Shown here in pieces: positions 11,736 to 28,270 of a DNA stretch of 64,000 bases (the stretch's first letter is position 1; every line of letters starts with the position of its first letter). The notes under the pieces were generated by a model. The model had not been told where the DNA came from. It did not search any database and worked only from the letters and a program-made list of their open reading frames with translations. Source of the DNA: the human T2T-CHM13v2.0 reference genome, Homo sapiens; assembly GCF_009914755.1 (NCBI RefSeq), contig NC_060926.1; one strand, given 5' to 3'. The translations under genes and the position numbers were made by a program.

Positions 11736-12414
11736 TGATTGCTCCCAGTTAGTACCTTATGCTATAACCATGCCGCTCAGTTCTCTATTTCCTGAGTAAA
11801 TATCCATAACTCAGTGTCTTTACTTGTGTTGTAGCCTCTGCCTGGAATATCTTTCCTTTATCTCAACTTGGGAATATCCTTCTCGTCTTTCACAATCAAG
11901 CTGAAAATGTTACGTCCGTTATGACAGTAACTTACCTGAACATCCTGGCATAATTAATTGCTCTCTCCTCTTTGTTCTCACAGTACTGTTACAAATCTCT
12001 AAATATTCCTTCCCACAATGTATTATGTACAGTTGCTTATATGCCATTTCTTCCAATATTGTGAGCTCCTTGATATGGAGTTCATGGTGACCTATATATC
12101 CATCACATCACTGGAGAAAATGCTTGGCACGTAGGAGTTGCTAGATATTGATTGTGAAAGAGAGTGAAGACATGAGGGAGCTGGAGATAGAGGAAAAAGA
12201 TGTAGGAAAAGAAAGAAAAAGAGAGAGAAGGAAGAAAAATGAAGGGGAAAGAAAGGAAAGGTTGGTCACCAGCTCTTCTCAAGTTCATGCTAGTATTTGG
12301 AAAAGCGTGACAATTTAGTCCCAGCCCTATAGCCTAACCCCAATGCAGATAATGTCTTTCCCATGTGACTCCCCTCTTCAGCCTCACTTTCTCTGGTCCC
12401 TTGGACAAGAAGCC

Positions 12415-13170
12415 TGAGATATGATTTAAAAAAAAATTGTGTGTGCTCCTGGATTCTAAAACCCTTGGAATCTTCAGAATGATGAGTATCTTTTGTATAC
12501 CAGTAGGATGATTGGTGACTGGGGGCACCTATATAGCTTCAGGATGGGAATTGGACCCCCAAAAAACCAAGTCTTGACTAGAATCTTAGAACTTCCTGCT
12601 CTACACCCCAGCTTTTGGGAAGGGGAGAGGGACTGGAAATTGAGTTCAATCACCAATGGCCAATAATTTAACCAATCATGTCTATGTAATAAACCTTCAC
12701 AAAAATCCCTAAACAATGGGGTGAAGAGAGCTTCCAGATTGATGAACACATCCACGCGTTGGGAGTGCAGTACATCCCAACTTCACCTGACAGAAGCTCT
12801 TACACCCAGGACCCTTCCAGCCTTCACCCTAAGTATCTCTTCATTTGCCTGTTCATTGGCATCTCCATAACTGAAGTGTTTCCCTGAGTTCTGTGAGCTA
12901 TTTTGGCAAATTAGAAGGGTGCTATGGGAACTCCTAATTCATGATTGGTCAGAAGTACAGATGGCAATCTGAGACTTGCAACTGGCATGTGAAGTGGGAG
13001 CAGTCTCATGGGACTGAGCCCGTGGGCTCTGCCTGAACTCTGCGTAGTCTAGAATTGAATTGAATTGTGGGACACCCAGTTGGTGTCCAGAAAGTTGGAG
13101 AATTGGTTAGTGCAGATAAAAACCACACACACATTTGGTGTCAGAAGTGTCTGGAGTAAAAACAGTTCAG
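12415..13170 (+). mobile_element. MER21 (B/C) ERV LTR
   Basis: CTAAAACCCTTGGAATC...TAGCTTCAGGATGGG...TCACCAATGGCCAATAATTTAACCAATCATG...TTTGGTGTCAGAAGTG. Ends approximate. Confidence 0.8.
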
Positions 13171-13591
13171 AGAGGCCAATCAGGGTACCAATGGAGTCTG
13201 CAGCTGTCTTATAAAAATATGCTAGCTAAACCAACAGGCACCACACCCTGAACTATTCTCTCATGGCCCCACATCCCGTTCACCTCAATGGAAAGTCCAT
13301 GCAAGGGTGACACAGCCACTAGAACTGATACCTCAGTTCTCCTCTCTGGTTTCTATAATTTCATGGCCTTAGGATATCAAAAATAAATGCCTGTTCTCAG
13401 TCTGAAAATTCTCCCAAACCCCATTAATAACATTGCTTAAGCTCACAGGCCCTGAAGGCCTCTAATTATGTTTCCTTGAGTCAATCTTTAAGTCCTTTGT
13501 TATAGTACGTTCCAGTACACATCCACATCCATTTGAACCCTGAGTACAATGTCTCAGAGTTCACACTCCCTGCACTATCAACAAGATTCCT

Positions 13592-13899
13592 GGCTGGGTA
13601 TGGTGGCTCACGCCTGTAATTCCAGCACTTTGGGAGGCCAAGGCAGGTGGATCACGAGGTCAGGAGATTGAGACCATCCTGGCTAACACAGTGAAACTCC
13701 GTCTCTACTAAAAATACAAAAAATTAGCCGGGTGTGGTCGTGGGTGCCTGTAGTCCCAGCTACTCAGGAGGCTGAGGCAGGAAAATGGCGTGAACCTAGG
13801 AGGTGGAGCTTGCAGTGAGCCAAGATAGCACCACTGCACTCCAGCCTGGGCAAAGGAGCAAGACTCCATCTCAAAAAATAAAAATAAAAATAAATAAAA
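13592..13899 (+). mobile_element. AluY
   Basis: Full dimer with AluY diagnostics (GATCACGAGGTC, ACCATCCTGGCTAACAC, AATGGCGTGAACC, GGAGCTTGCAGTGAG). TSD AAGATTCCT / AATATTCCT. Confidence 0.93.
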
Positions 13900-15579
13900 A
13901 ATATTCCTGTGTTGTCTTCAGGACTCGACAGTTCTTGCAGAGTTACTACTCGATTGTCTGAGTAGGCCTGCTCTGTAAATCCTTATTGCTTGCTTACTGT
14001 GTGAAAGGAAAAGTAGAATCAAATTACACTGCCATTTAATAAGCCCATCAAGGCCCTCTACCACCTGCTAACAAGGTTCACATTGTCCCCCTACCTCTGC
14101 CCAGATTCCCCCTTCAATGGAGCTCTGTTTGCATGTGCTCATGATTACTAGGCTATATTACTTTGAAAGAAAAGCTGGCTTCATGTTATATAAAGTACAT
14201 TCCTAATCTGTGGCACACAGCATAAGGGAGCTGGATATACCCTTGTCAGCCCTAATGAAAGAAGAATATTAGACCCATTAAAAGGCTAAAGTCCAATCAC
14301 CCTTCAGTGATTTTTCTTCTCATCAGCAAAAATGCTCATTAATTCTAATATCTTTGCTTTCAGGCATGAACTATGAGATCTGAACAAAAATTTCATTTGT
14401 AATGAATACATTCTGTCAGAAGTAGAATTATGATGATTCTACTCGTGATAATAATAAGCCATATCAAGAGAACAAGAGGATTCTGTGTTCTCAGCTAGCA
14501 GGGGGTCTGTGAGACCCTCTGTCCATGACATGGTCTTGTGATGCTCCATAGCATCTATATAAATAATGAGACTACGCAAACAGGAAGTTGATCTTCTAAC
14601 CAACAGACCATAATGCAGACATCCATAACTGACTGCATCTGATGATAAGGATATGGTCTCTTCTTCTGAATAACCCTGACAGCCTATTTATGAGCCTACA
14701 TTTACAGGGATGTGTTTTCTGGAATGAAAGTTTACTGTAAGGATACTTCAACAACTAGGTCGATGGCTACAGAGTCACCTTGGAACCCAGAGCTTCTAAG
14801 CCTGGGTCATTCTAAACAAAGAGATCATAGCTTTCTATGGTTTAGGAATTGACTCTCATAACCTGGGTCTTCTTGTTTGACTTAGCATGTATATTTTCCA
14901 TTACAGGAAATCTTGGAGCTCTGTATACATGTACTTAGAAAAACTTATTTGATGAGTAAGTGAAGACGTTCAGCCTTGCCACAATCCAACACTATCCAGT
15001 TGCTTTCCTGGTCCTTAAGGAATAAGGCTGTTTATAAGTCTGGACAATTCTGTCATTCTCCCCCAAACCGATCCTAATCCCACCAACATGCTGAAGGCAG
15101 GGGAAGACCTCATGGAACTGCCCTATCAGTCCTGGCCTCTTCACCTCCAAAACTATTTAACATGAAAGCATAGCCTACTACATTTTTTAAGCCACTATAT
15201 TTGAATCTCTGTACTAATGGTCAAGTACAGTTTCTAATTGATAGTGACGTATATTAATGTTCTCATTTAAAAAAAAGCAAACTGGTTAAGCACGCTTAAG
15301 ACACAGGCACCAAATCACACATCTAGATAGCATGAAGTCAGGCTTTTAAACCTTGGTCCCTGATAGCAAAGCCCTGTTCTTCCTAATGTGCCCATGACTA
15401 TGGTAGCCATGAATCAATAGAGCAATTAGAATTGTTATGTCTATTGTAATATTGAGTTAGAAAAAGGATTTGGTTTCAATAGATCAAAGAGAAAAGAAAT
15501 TAGAAAGAGAGCCTGTGGGGAAATGTGTATGTGGAGAGTTGCCAGAAGAGAGGCCAGCCAAAAAGGGATTTAACACAAT

Positions 15580-15990
15580 TGCTTATCAAATGGGCAAAGG
15601 ACAGGACATGCAATTCACAAGCGAGGACACATAATTAGAAGACAAATGGGGAAAACATATTATGTTTCTAGATATCAAGGAAAGGCAAATTAAAACAACA
15701 GTTTTATGCTCTCTAAGACAACAAAGAAAGGAATATCAGCACCCAATGTTTCCAAGGGTGTCATGAAACCCTGCACACAAATGTACCCTGGTGAAAATAT
15801 AATTTGGAAATCCCATTTAACACAAATTTACCTATAATTATCAAGAGTCATGCAGATGTTTATGCTTTTTATCTTAAAGAAAATATCTGAAATATTTTAT
15901 ACATATAAAGATGCAAACCATGACAATATTCAGAACAGCAAAAGTTTAAAGTTAAGTGTCCCTGAACAAGATGTTTAGGTTATATGGAAC
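15580..15990 (+). mobile_element. Ancient L1ME ORF2 3' fragment
   Basis: AAATGGGCAAAGGACAGGACATGCAATTCACAAG...AAATTAAAACAACA is a degenerate match to the L1 ORF2 C-terminal region. Confidence 0.55.
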
Positions 15991-16709
15991 GTTAACATGG
16001 TAGAATATTATCTAGAGTTAGCTCAGGCACTACCCTCTCTGGTGCGGACCACTGCAATGGACTTGTTTCTTGTCTTCAGCTTTCTCCTCCCAAGTCTAGG
16101 CTTCACCCTACCACCAGAGGGGTTTTATGAACATGGTATTCCTCCTACCTGCATGAGAGCGTTCTGGCTCCTAATGCCTCTGTGGGCTCTTCCCTACCTT
16201 CCTCTCCAACCTCATTTTTTGCTGTGGCCCCACCTGGAGACCTCTGTTCCTACTGCACTAAACAAATCATAAACACACCCATTTCCTGCATACACATCCA
16301 TAATTCAATGTCTTCATTTGTCTTGCAGCTTCTATCTAGAATAGTCTTTCTTCATCTCCTCTTGGTAAAATCCTTCTTGTCTTTAAAACTCAGCTAAAAA
16401 TATTAGCTTGGCTTTGCACATACATCTTCAGAATTAGTGGGGCCTTATCTGTGCAAGAAGTGCCAGTTTGCCTTCAAAATTGAGCCTAATTGTTGCCTAT
16501 TTGTAAATATTTTCTTGATTTTTTACACGTCTATTTCCAGGTGAAATCTAACAAGCTTTACTCGGGGCCTCCAATGAACCCTGTACAGATATTTATAACA
16601 GCTCCTGTCATTTCTTCTTGTGTGTATGTATTGATGTGTATGTATATACATCACCCTTTATTAAACTTCAAGGTCACGGATATGTCATCAAGTCCAGTAA
16701 TAGCATCTT

Positions 16710-16950
16710 ATTCACCAGAACTACTTAATGATTATCATATGCCAAGCACTATGTTACGCGTTTTGCATTTTATCTCCATAGCGCAATAAAATTTTATAAT
16801 TCTAATAATGTATGTTATTGTTATTCTCAATTTAACAGATGAGAAAACTGAGGTTCAAATAAGTAACTTGCTCAAAGCCCAAAGTAAGTAAATGGCATAG
16901 CCAAGAATTGAAGACTGGTCTATTGATTCCAGCTGTCTGGCCACCATACT
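16710..16950 (-). mobile_element. MIR
   Basis: TTTAACAGATGAGAAAACTGAGGTTCAAATAAGTAACTTGCTCAAAG core. Confidence 0.75.
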
Positions 16951-17746
16951 GTCTCATTCCCTTTTCTAACACAGTAGCTTGACACATACTAGGTGTTCAA
17001 TACTTGTTAGAAAAATTAAATATGTGGCAGTAAGAATAAGTATTTATAACAGATGGAACGTTAAGTTGAAAAATCAGAATGTAAAAATGTATCTACATGT
17101 TGACTACAACCTGATTGCAATGATAGGCGCATATTTAGCAAAGACTGGATGGGAACCTGGCAACAGCAAAAGTCAATTTGTTAGAGAAAGAGAATTATGG
17201 CAATTTTAAAATGTATTTGTCCCTTGCACAGTATTTTTTAGTTGCGTACCAAGACTTTGTTCATGAGAGACTGGCTCAGCACTGTTCCACCATCAGAGCT
17301 CCTAAGAACATCAAAATATTGACTGATTAGAGAAACTCAGAAGCCAGAGGTCCTAACTGGCCAGGTATCAGAATGTTTCTGTTAGAAACTCTATACACAT
17401 CAGCAGGCCAGGCAAATGGATATGCAGAAAGGAATAAAAATGTCAACTGTCTTTTATATTGAATTATCATATATAAAGAGGATTTGCACAAAAAATTCTA
17501 TATGAAAAAGAAAAACCAGACTCTTTCAGTACCATTTCATAGAAATAAATCCCAGAGATGAATATCTAAGTGAACTCCCCACCTGTTGAAAAGAATGTGT
17601 TGAAAGAGCATAAGAGAAAGGAGAAAGAGAAGAGGAAAAAAAGGAAAGAAAAAAAGGGAAAAAAATTTAGATTTGACAACAAAAAAAAAGAGACAAATTA
17701 AAACTGAAATAAATCCATCCATTGGTTTTTCTTAAGAATCATTCCC

Positions 17747-18657
17747 GGGAGGAGCCAAGATGGCCAAATAGGAACAGCTCCGGTCTACAGCTCCCAGCGT
17801 GAGCGACGCAGAAGACGGGTGATTTCTGCATTTCCATCTGAGGTACCGGGTTCATCTCCCTAGGGAGTGCCAGACAGTGGGCGCAAGTCAGTGGGTGCGC
17901 GCACCGTGCGTGAGCCAAAGCAGGGCGAGGCACTGCCTCACTTGGGAAGTGCAAGGGGTCAGGGAGTTCCCTTTCCGAGTCAAAGAAAGAGGTGACGGAC
18001 GCACCTGGAAAATCGGGTCACTCCCACCCGAATATTGCGCTTTTTGGACCAGCTTAAAAAACGGCGCACCACGAGATTATATCCTGCACCTGGCTCGGAG
18101 GGTCCTACGCCCACGGAGTCTCGCTGATTGCTAGCACAGCAGTCTGAGATCAAACTGCAAGGCGGCAGCGAGGCTGGGGGAGGGGCGCCCGCCATTGCCC
18201 AGGCTTGCTTAGGTAAACAAAGCAGCCAGGAAGCTCAAACTGGGTGGAGCCCACCACAGCTCAAGGAGGCCTGCCTGCCTCTATAGGCTCCACCTCTGGG
18301 GGCAAGGCACAGACAAACAAAAAGACAGCAGTAACCTCTGCAGACTTACATGTCCCTGTCTGACAGCTTTGAAGAGAGCAGTGGTTCTCCCAGCACGCAG
18401 CTGGAGATCTGAGAACAGGCAGACTGCCTCCTCAAGTGGGTCCCTGACCCCTGACCCCTGACCCCCGAGCAGCCTATCTGGGAGGCACCCCCCAGCAGGA
18501 GCACACTGACACCTCACACGGCAGGGTATTCCAACAGACCTGCAGCTGAGGGTCCTGTCTGTTAGAAGGAAAACTAACAAACAGAAAGGACATCCACACC
18601 AAAAACCCATCTGTACATCACCATCAGCAAAGACCAAAAGTAGATAAAACCACAAAG
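17747..18657. promoter_or_regulatory. L1 5'UTR: CpG-rich internal sense promoter (YY1 site) and antisense promoter
   Basis: YY1 core AAGATGGCC at ~17757-17765 and many retained CpGs. Known L1PA 5'UTR architecture. Confidence 0.85.
17980..18195 (-). CDS. ORF0: LINE-1 antisense ORF0 protein (71 aa, full length)
   Basis: MAGAPPPASLPPCSLISDCCASNQRDSVGVGPSEPGAGYNLVVRRFLS... is primate L1 ORF0. Splice donors are present after nt 106 (CAG|GTGCAG, 18090/18089) and nt 191 (CAG|GTGCGT, 18005/18004). Confidence 0.88.
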   Translation of the reverse strand: MAGAPPPASLPPCSLISDCCASNQRDSVGVGPSEPGAGYNLVVRRFLSWSKKRNIRVGVTRFSRCVRHLFL

Positions 18658-19674
18658 ATGGGGAAAAAACAAAACAGAAAAACTGGAAACTCTAAAACGC
18701 AGAGCGCCTCTCCTCCTCCAAAGGAACGCAGTTCCTCACCAGCAACGGAACAAAGCTGGATGGAGAATGACTTTGACGAGCTGAGAGAAGAAGGCTTCAG
18801 ACGATCAAATTACTCTGAGCTACGGGAGGACATTCAAACCAAAGGCAAAGAAGTTGAAAACTTTGAAAAAAATTTAGAAGAATGTATAACTAGAATAAAC
18901 AATACAGAGAAGTGCTTAAAGGAGCTGATGGAGCTGAAAACCAAGGCTCGAGAACTACGTGAAGAATGCAGAAGCCTCAGGAGACGATGCGATCAACTGG
19001 AAGAAAGGGTATCAGCAATGGAAGATGAAATGAATGAAATGAAGCGAGAAGGGAAGTTTAGAGAAAAAAGAATAAAAAGAAATGAGCAAAGCCTCCAAGA
19101 AATATGGGACTATGTGAAAAGACCAAATCTACGTCTGATTGGTGTACCTGAAAGTGATGGGGAGAATGGAACCAAGTTGGAAAACACTCTGCAGGATATT
19201 ATCCAGGAGAACTTCCCCAATCTAGCAAGGCAGGCCAACGTTCAGATACAGGAAATACAGAGAAAGCCACAAAGATACTCCTCGAGAAGAGCAACTCCAA
19301 GACACATAATTGTCAGATTCACCAAAGTTGAAATGAAGGAACAAATGTTAAGGGCAGCCAGAGAGAAAGGTTGGGTTACCCTCAAAAGGAAGCCCATCAG
19401 ACTAACAGCTTATCTCTTGGCAGAAACTCTACAAGCCAGAAGAGAGTGGGGGCCAATATTCAACATTCTTAAAGAAAAGAATTTTCAACCCAGAATTTCA
19501 TATCCAGCCAAACGAAGCTTCATAAGTGAAGGAGAAATAAAATACTTTACAGACAAGCAAATGCTGAGAGATTTTGTCACCACCAGGCCTGCCCTAAAAG
19601 AGCTCCTGAAGGAAGCGCTAAACATGGAAAGGAACAACTGGTACCAGCCACTGCAAAATCATGCCAAAATGTAA
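18658..19674 (+). CDS. ORF1: LINE-1 ORF1p RNA-binding/chaperone protein, 338 aa, open frame
   Basis: MGKKQNRKTGNSKTQSASPPPKERSSSP... at full length. REKG and ARR motifs are intact, but it carries T203K and YPAKLS->YPAKRS. Confidence 0.95.
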   Translation: MGKKQNRKTGNSKTQSASPPPKERSSSPATEQSWMENDFDELREEGFRRSNYSELREDIQTKGKEVENFEKNLEECITRINNTEKCLKELMELKTKARELREECRSLRRRCDQLEERVSAMEDEMNEMKREGKFREKRIKRNEQSLQEIWDYVKRPNLRLIGVPESDGENGTKLENTLQDIIQENFPNLARQANVQIQEIQRKPQRYSSRRATPRHIIVRFTKVEMKEQMLRAAREKGWVTLKRKPIRLTAYLLAETLQARREWGPIFNILKEKNFQPRISYPAKRSFISEGEIKYFTDKQMLRDFVTTRPALKELLKEALNMERNNWYQPLQNHAKM

Positions 19675-19713
19675 AGACCATCGAGACTAGGAAGAAACTG
19701 CATCAACTAATGA

Positions 19714-23540
<3,827 letters not shown>

Positions 23541-25719
23541 ACAATGAGATCACATGGACACAGGAAGGGGAATATCACACTCTGGGGACTGTGGTGGGGT
23601 GGGGGGAGTGGGGAGGGATAGCACTGGGAGATATACCTAACGCTAGATGACGAGTTAGTGGGTGCAGTGCACCAGCATGGCACATGTATACATATGTAAC
23701 TAACCTGCACAATGTGCACATGTACCCTAAAACTTAAAGTATAATTTAAAAAAAAAACAAAACAAAAAAGAAATAAATTTGCCTTGCTGAGGAAAAAAAA
23801 AAAAAAGAATCATTCCCTGAAATTTTGCATTTCAGAGGTTGCTGTTGCTTAAGTTCACCCTAGGAGCAGGAAAAATGAGGGTGCATTTAACAGAAACAGG
23901 AAATTAAGGGGAGGAGATTTTTGGCGAAGGAATACAAGCCAGGAAAGGAGACTCAATAAATGCTTACGGATAGACCATTAAATGAAAGAGTCTTATTTGT
24001 TGAGTTTCAGTTTCCAACAGGACATTTTTCATGGCCTGCCAAAGTTAGGCACACCTCCTCTCAAGGGGCAAGACTGCATTTCAGTTACTTCCCTAATTCA
24101 ATGAGATAGAAATTTCAAGTCTGCAAGAAACAGAGACAGGCTATGCAATTTCTTTAGCTTTTTTATTCCCAATCAAATGCAGGGCCAGACAATACCAGGA
24201 TTTACCTGTGCTGATCTTGCCGTCTGCCTAAGAGTGGCTGATGAGGGTGATTCCTCAATTGTCCAGGTAAACCTGGACTCTCTACTAGTTCAAAACATGT
24301 TGGGTTCAGATGAGGAGTTTCCTTGCAACAGAGCTGAGCCAGTCTGAGCAAATTCATGCTACTACCTTATATGAAGGGAGTGTCTGACCACTCCAATTGT
24401 TTCCCTCAGAGTAGAAAGGTGAGTGCATTGTGGCACCCAGTGATTGCTTGGGACCCCAAGGTTTAAAATTCTTTATATGTTAAATGAAAAAATATAAACT
24501 AAGCATGCATGATTTCTAAACAAAGAAAATTCTTAAGCAGGAAATTTGGAATTGTATAATCCTTGTAGCAAAGGTTCAACTTTGTGAAAGGTATCTCTTA
24601 TCTCTGGGGAAGGGCACACAGAGCTCTGCATTATTGTTTAGAAACAATAGATGATATTCACATACTATAATCCCATTTGCTTCCATGAGCAGGAAAAACT
24701 TGTTTTATGGGAGTATCAGGGTCTCAGCTCATTAGTGCGTTTTTCTCAAAGTAAACGGAAAGACTGAGGAGGCCAGAGCTTGAGAGGTTAGATTGGGTGG
24801 GGGTAGATTAAGGATACGTTGAGGATACCCTGGCATTGAAGCCCTGTTGAAAGATGACCATATATGCCCCTCTCCAAGTCTAACCTTTTCTTACAGAGGC
24901 TGACTCCCTCCTCCCATTTGCCAGCACAACCACCTAATCTTTTCTCTACTTTTATAAGTCAACAAGAAAAATAACATTCCCTAAATAAGAGATTTCATTT
25001 TTCATCAAAACAGAACCTTCTTTTATGTAGCTACACATAAGCTTCCTTACTGAAGCACCAAATTCAAAAGCAGCTGTAAGTAAAAAGAATTTGCTCTTAT
25101 CATAAATAAAAGATTGTATATGTGAACTTATTTGCAGTAAAGCCTTACAATAAAAATATAATTTATAACCTAGTTTCTCCTGTGTATTTTATGTAATATC
25201 CTAGTAAAATATTTCCATTTTACAACATGTACCTATTAAAACCATTCCTTATAAAACTGTCGGCATAAAATAAAATACAAAAATTTGGAAGAAAAAGCAG
25301 AGGAAAAGAAAATATATCAAGAAGAGGTGATGAAAGGCCACTGAAATATCCTTGTGGAAATCCTCCCAGTGAGATATAAATAACAGTAATAAAGAGGCAG
25401 TGGATGATGCTGATAATTAACAAGGATATTTTAAGGTGAGAAATACTTAAATCCTTCTTAGAATGTCATTTTCCTCTATGCTAAAAAGGAATTCTATCGC
25501 AATAAAAATTGGAGACAGGACCCTACTACTGAGGTGGAATGACTTTACAAAGTCAGTCAATTAAAATGTCCTGGAAATGGCAAATATTGTCTGTGAAAAT
25601 GCTGCCTGACATTTGATTGGCATTTGCTCTCTGGTGTACAGATGCTCCTCCCACCTGTAGGTGGAGTTGTAGCCTGTTAGCCAAGGACCTCTTAAAACCC
25701 CTAATTAGATCTGTCATTC

Positions 25720-26580
25720 TTTATTATGGTCGTAACTATTTTTAAGTGATTTCAAATTTACAGAAAAAAAAAAAAGAATACAAGAAGAACCAAAGGAACT
25801 TCAGATACCCTTCTTTCAGATTCGACAACTGTTAATGTTTTACCACATTCCCTCTTTCTCTCTCTCATGTAAGTGTGTGTATGTGTGTGTAAGATAGATA
25901 GAATAGATATAGTTATAGATGTATAGGTAGTTTGATCATTTGGGAAGAAGTTGCAAATTTATATAACCCTAAAACTTCAGTGTATATTTTGGGTACTCTT
26001 TTTCACAATTAGAATAAAATTATCAAAATCAATATGTATCTAATCTATAGATCTTATCCAAAGGTTGCCAATTGTCCCAATAACAACTTTCATATTAAAA
26101 AAAAAAAAAAAACTAAAGAAAAAAGAAAAAGGAAATTCTTGTCCCAGATCCAATCCAGGATCACACACTGCATTCCATTGTCATGCCTCTTTGACTTCTC
26201 ATCTGAAACATTACCTGCGTCTCTTTGTTTAGTCTAACCTTTACACTTATTAAAGAGCACAAGTCGGTTATTTTATAGAATGACTTGGTTTTGTCTGATG
26301 TTTCTTCAGAATTGCACTCAGATTACACATTCTTGGCAGGAATACACAGAATCAATCTTTCTCAGTGTATTGTATCAGGAAGCACATACTAATTTGTCCT
26401 AAAAATCTATTGGTTAAGGTGAGGTGATATTCATCATAAAATTGCTCTTTCCCCTTTTTAATAAGTGGACATATTTTGAGATTAAGCAAATATCCTGTTT
26501 CTCGTCAAATTTTTGCCCAAGAGTTTCAACATCTGTTGATGACTCTTACCTACATCAAGTTACTGTGGTGGTAGCTGAAT
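25720..26580 (-). mobile_element. Ancient L1MC/L1ME 3' end fragment
   Basis: TTTCAAATTTACAGAAAA...CAGATTCGACAACTGTTAATGTTTTACCACATT...CAGATCCAATCCAGGATCACACACTGCATT are typical of reversed L1MC 3'UTRs. Confidence 0.6.
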
Positions 26581-28034
26581 GAGAAGCAACACCTTGCTAC
26601 ATGGAAGGGGTGTACCAGTATCTCTGGGGAATGGGATAGTGTAATTCTGTACTTGAAAAATAAAGCAGTATCTATTTTTACTACAATCTACAGAAAGTAA
26701 AGGTCAACAAAATTGTCCTAGTTAATGGGAGTAGCTAGAACATAAATCTATTTCCTGTGCATCAGTAATTCTCAATGGAAGAGTGAGGTTTGTATTGCTA
26801 TCAACAAGTTCAGAGGTTTAGACTGAGAAACAGTCTACCAGAGACATTTCTTTCAAGAAAAATGAACCTCCAGTTTAGAAAATGAAATGGCTGTTTTTAT
26901 CCTAGGTAATTGTTCTGTTTTTATGGAAAGACACTTCGAATTATGTAACAACCAAGTATTTTTTTTCTTTTGAGAACACATGCTAGGAAATTTAGAGCCT
27001 CCACTGTGTCCAATTCACTGTGGTAGGTCTTCAGAATCTGTGTTCTTGGTCTCATTCCTGGACCATGCTATGTTTCCAGCTAGTTTTTCTTTCTTCTTTT
27101 ACTCTGACTTACTTATGTATCTTATTTCTGTAGCTAGACTGAAACCTTGTGGAGTAAGGTGGGCATATGAATGAATTAACAAAATGTGCTTTCTTTGTTT
27201 CATAATTTGCTCTATCTCAAATCTTCAGATATCTAATTTCTCATCAACTAGAGCTGTCTTATGTTGTCCCACTTGATACGACATTTTGGAGGATGAGAGT
27301 GGTAAAAGAACTCACAGGAAGCTTTAAGTCAGTGTTATTGGTAGATTCAGCAACTTCCTGGTTTCTAGGACTCTAAAATGATGATTGAGTTTGGTTATTG
27401 TATGTCACATGGAATGGGCTTTCCCAGTACAGGTAAAAGAACACTGGGCCAGGGGTCAGAAGGCTCATGAATGGGACAGTTCTACCTCTGCCATTAACCA
27501 GGTATGTGACCTTGAATAAGTTGGTTCAGCTCGCTGGGCTGCAAAATCTTTGTCAGAAAGTGGACATAAAAGCACCTAAGCTGTCCATTTCCCTAAACTG
27601 TTGGAAAGTTTAATATCACAGTGCTTCAAGAACTGCAAGATCCAAGGATTCTTTATCTTGCCTTCTGGTAAAAGAATCAAGGAGACATTTAACAAGAGAA
27701 CAAATGTACAAATAATTTAATTTCAGATAATGGTAATTTCTACAAAAACTGGATAGAATAAAATATTCAAAAATGATTGAGGGGAGTGCCTTATTTTAGA
27801 TAGGCTGGCCAGTGGAGGCCTCTGTAAGGAGCAGATATTTCATCAGAGACCTGAATAATGGGAAAGAGAAAGCTATGCAATGAGATGAGAGCCTGTGAAG
27901 CTGCGACACAAGCCCTGGGGCACGAACCAACTCAAGTAGGAGCCAGAGGTTGTGTGGCTGTCTGCACCTGTGCAGGGTAGAGGTGAGTAGGGAGAGGGCA
28001 GGTGTAGCTTTCCGAAGCCAATCCCTCTGTAGCC

Positions 28035-28270
28035 TGAGTATAGAGAGCACAGACTCTGAACATCTACAAACCTCAGTGCACTTCCTGGTTCTGCTTCTTG
28101 CCCACCTTGGTGCAGGTACTTAACCTCTCTGGGTTGCAGTTTTCTAATACATAAAACAGGAGTAATAGTAATGGCAGCTACTTCAAAAAATGGTTGTGAG
28201 AATTAAGTGGAATATTGCATAGCACTGTGCCTGGCACAGGTAAGCTCTCAAGAAGCATTAGCTATTATTT
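28035..28270 (+). mobile_element. MIR
   Basis: CTTAACCTCTCTGGGTTGCAGTTTTCTAATACATAAAACAGGAGTAATAGTA...CCTGGCACAGGTAAGCTCTCAAGAAGCATTAGCTATTATT. Confidence 0.7.

Noticed and set aside
18281-18655. 124-aa antisense ORF and other short ORFs in the L1 5'UTR or antisense to ORF2
   Set aside because: Incidental frames of L1 sequence. Only ORF0 has established support.
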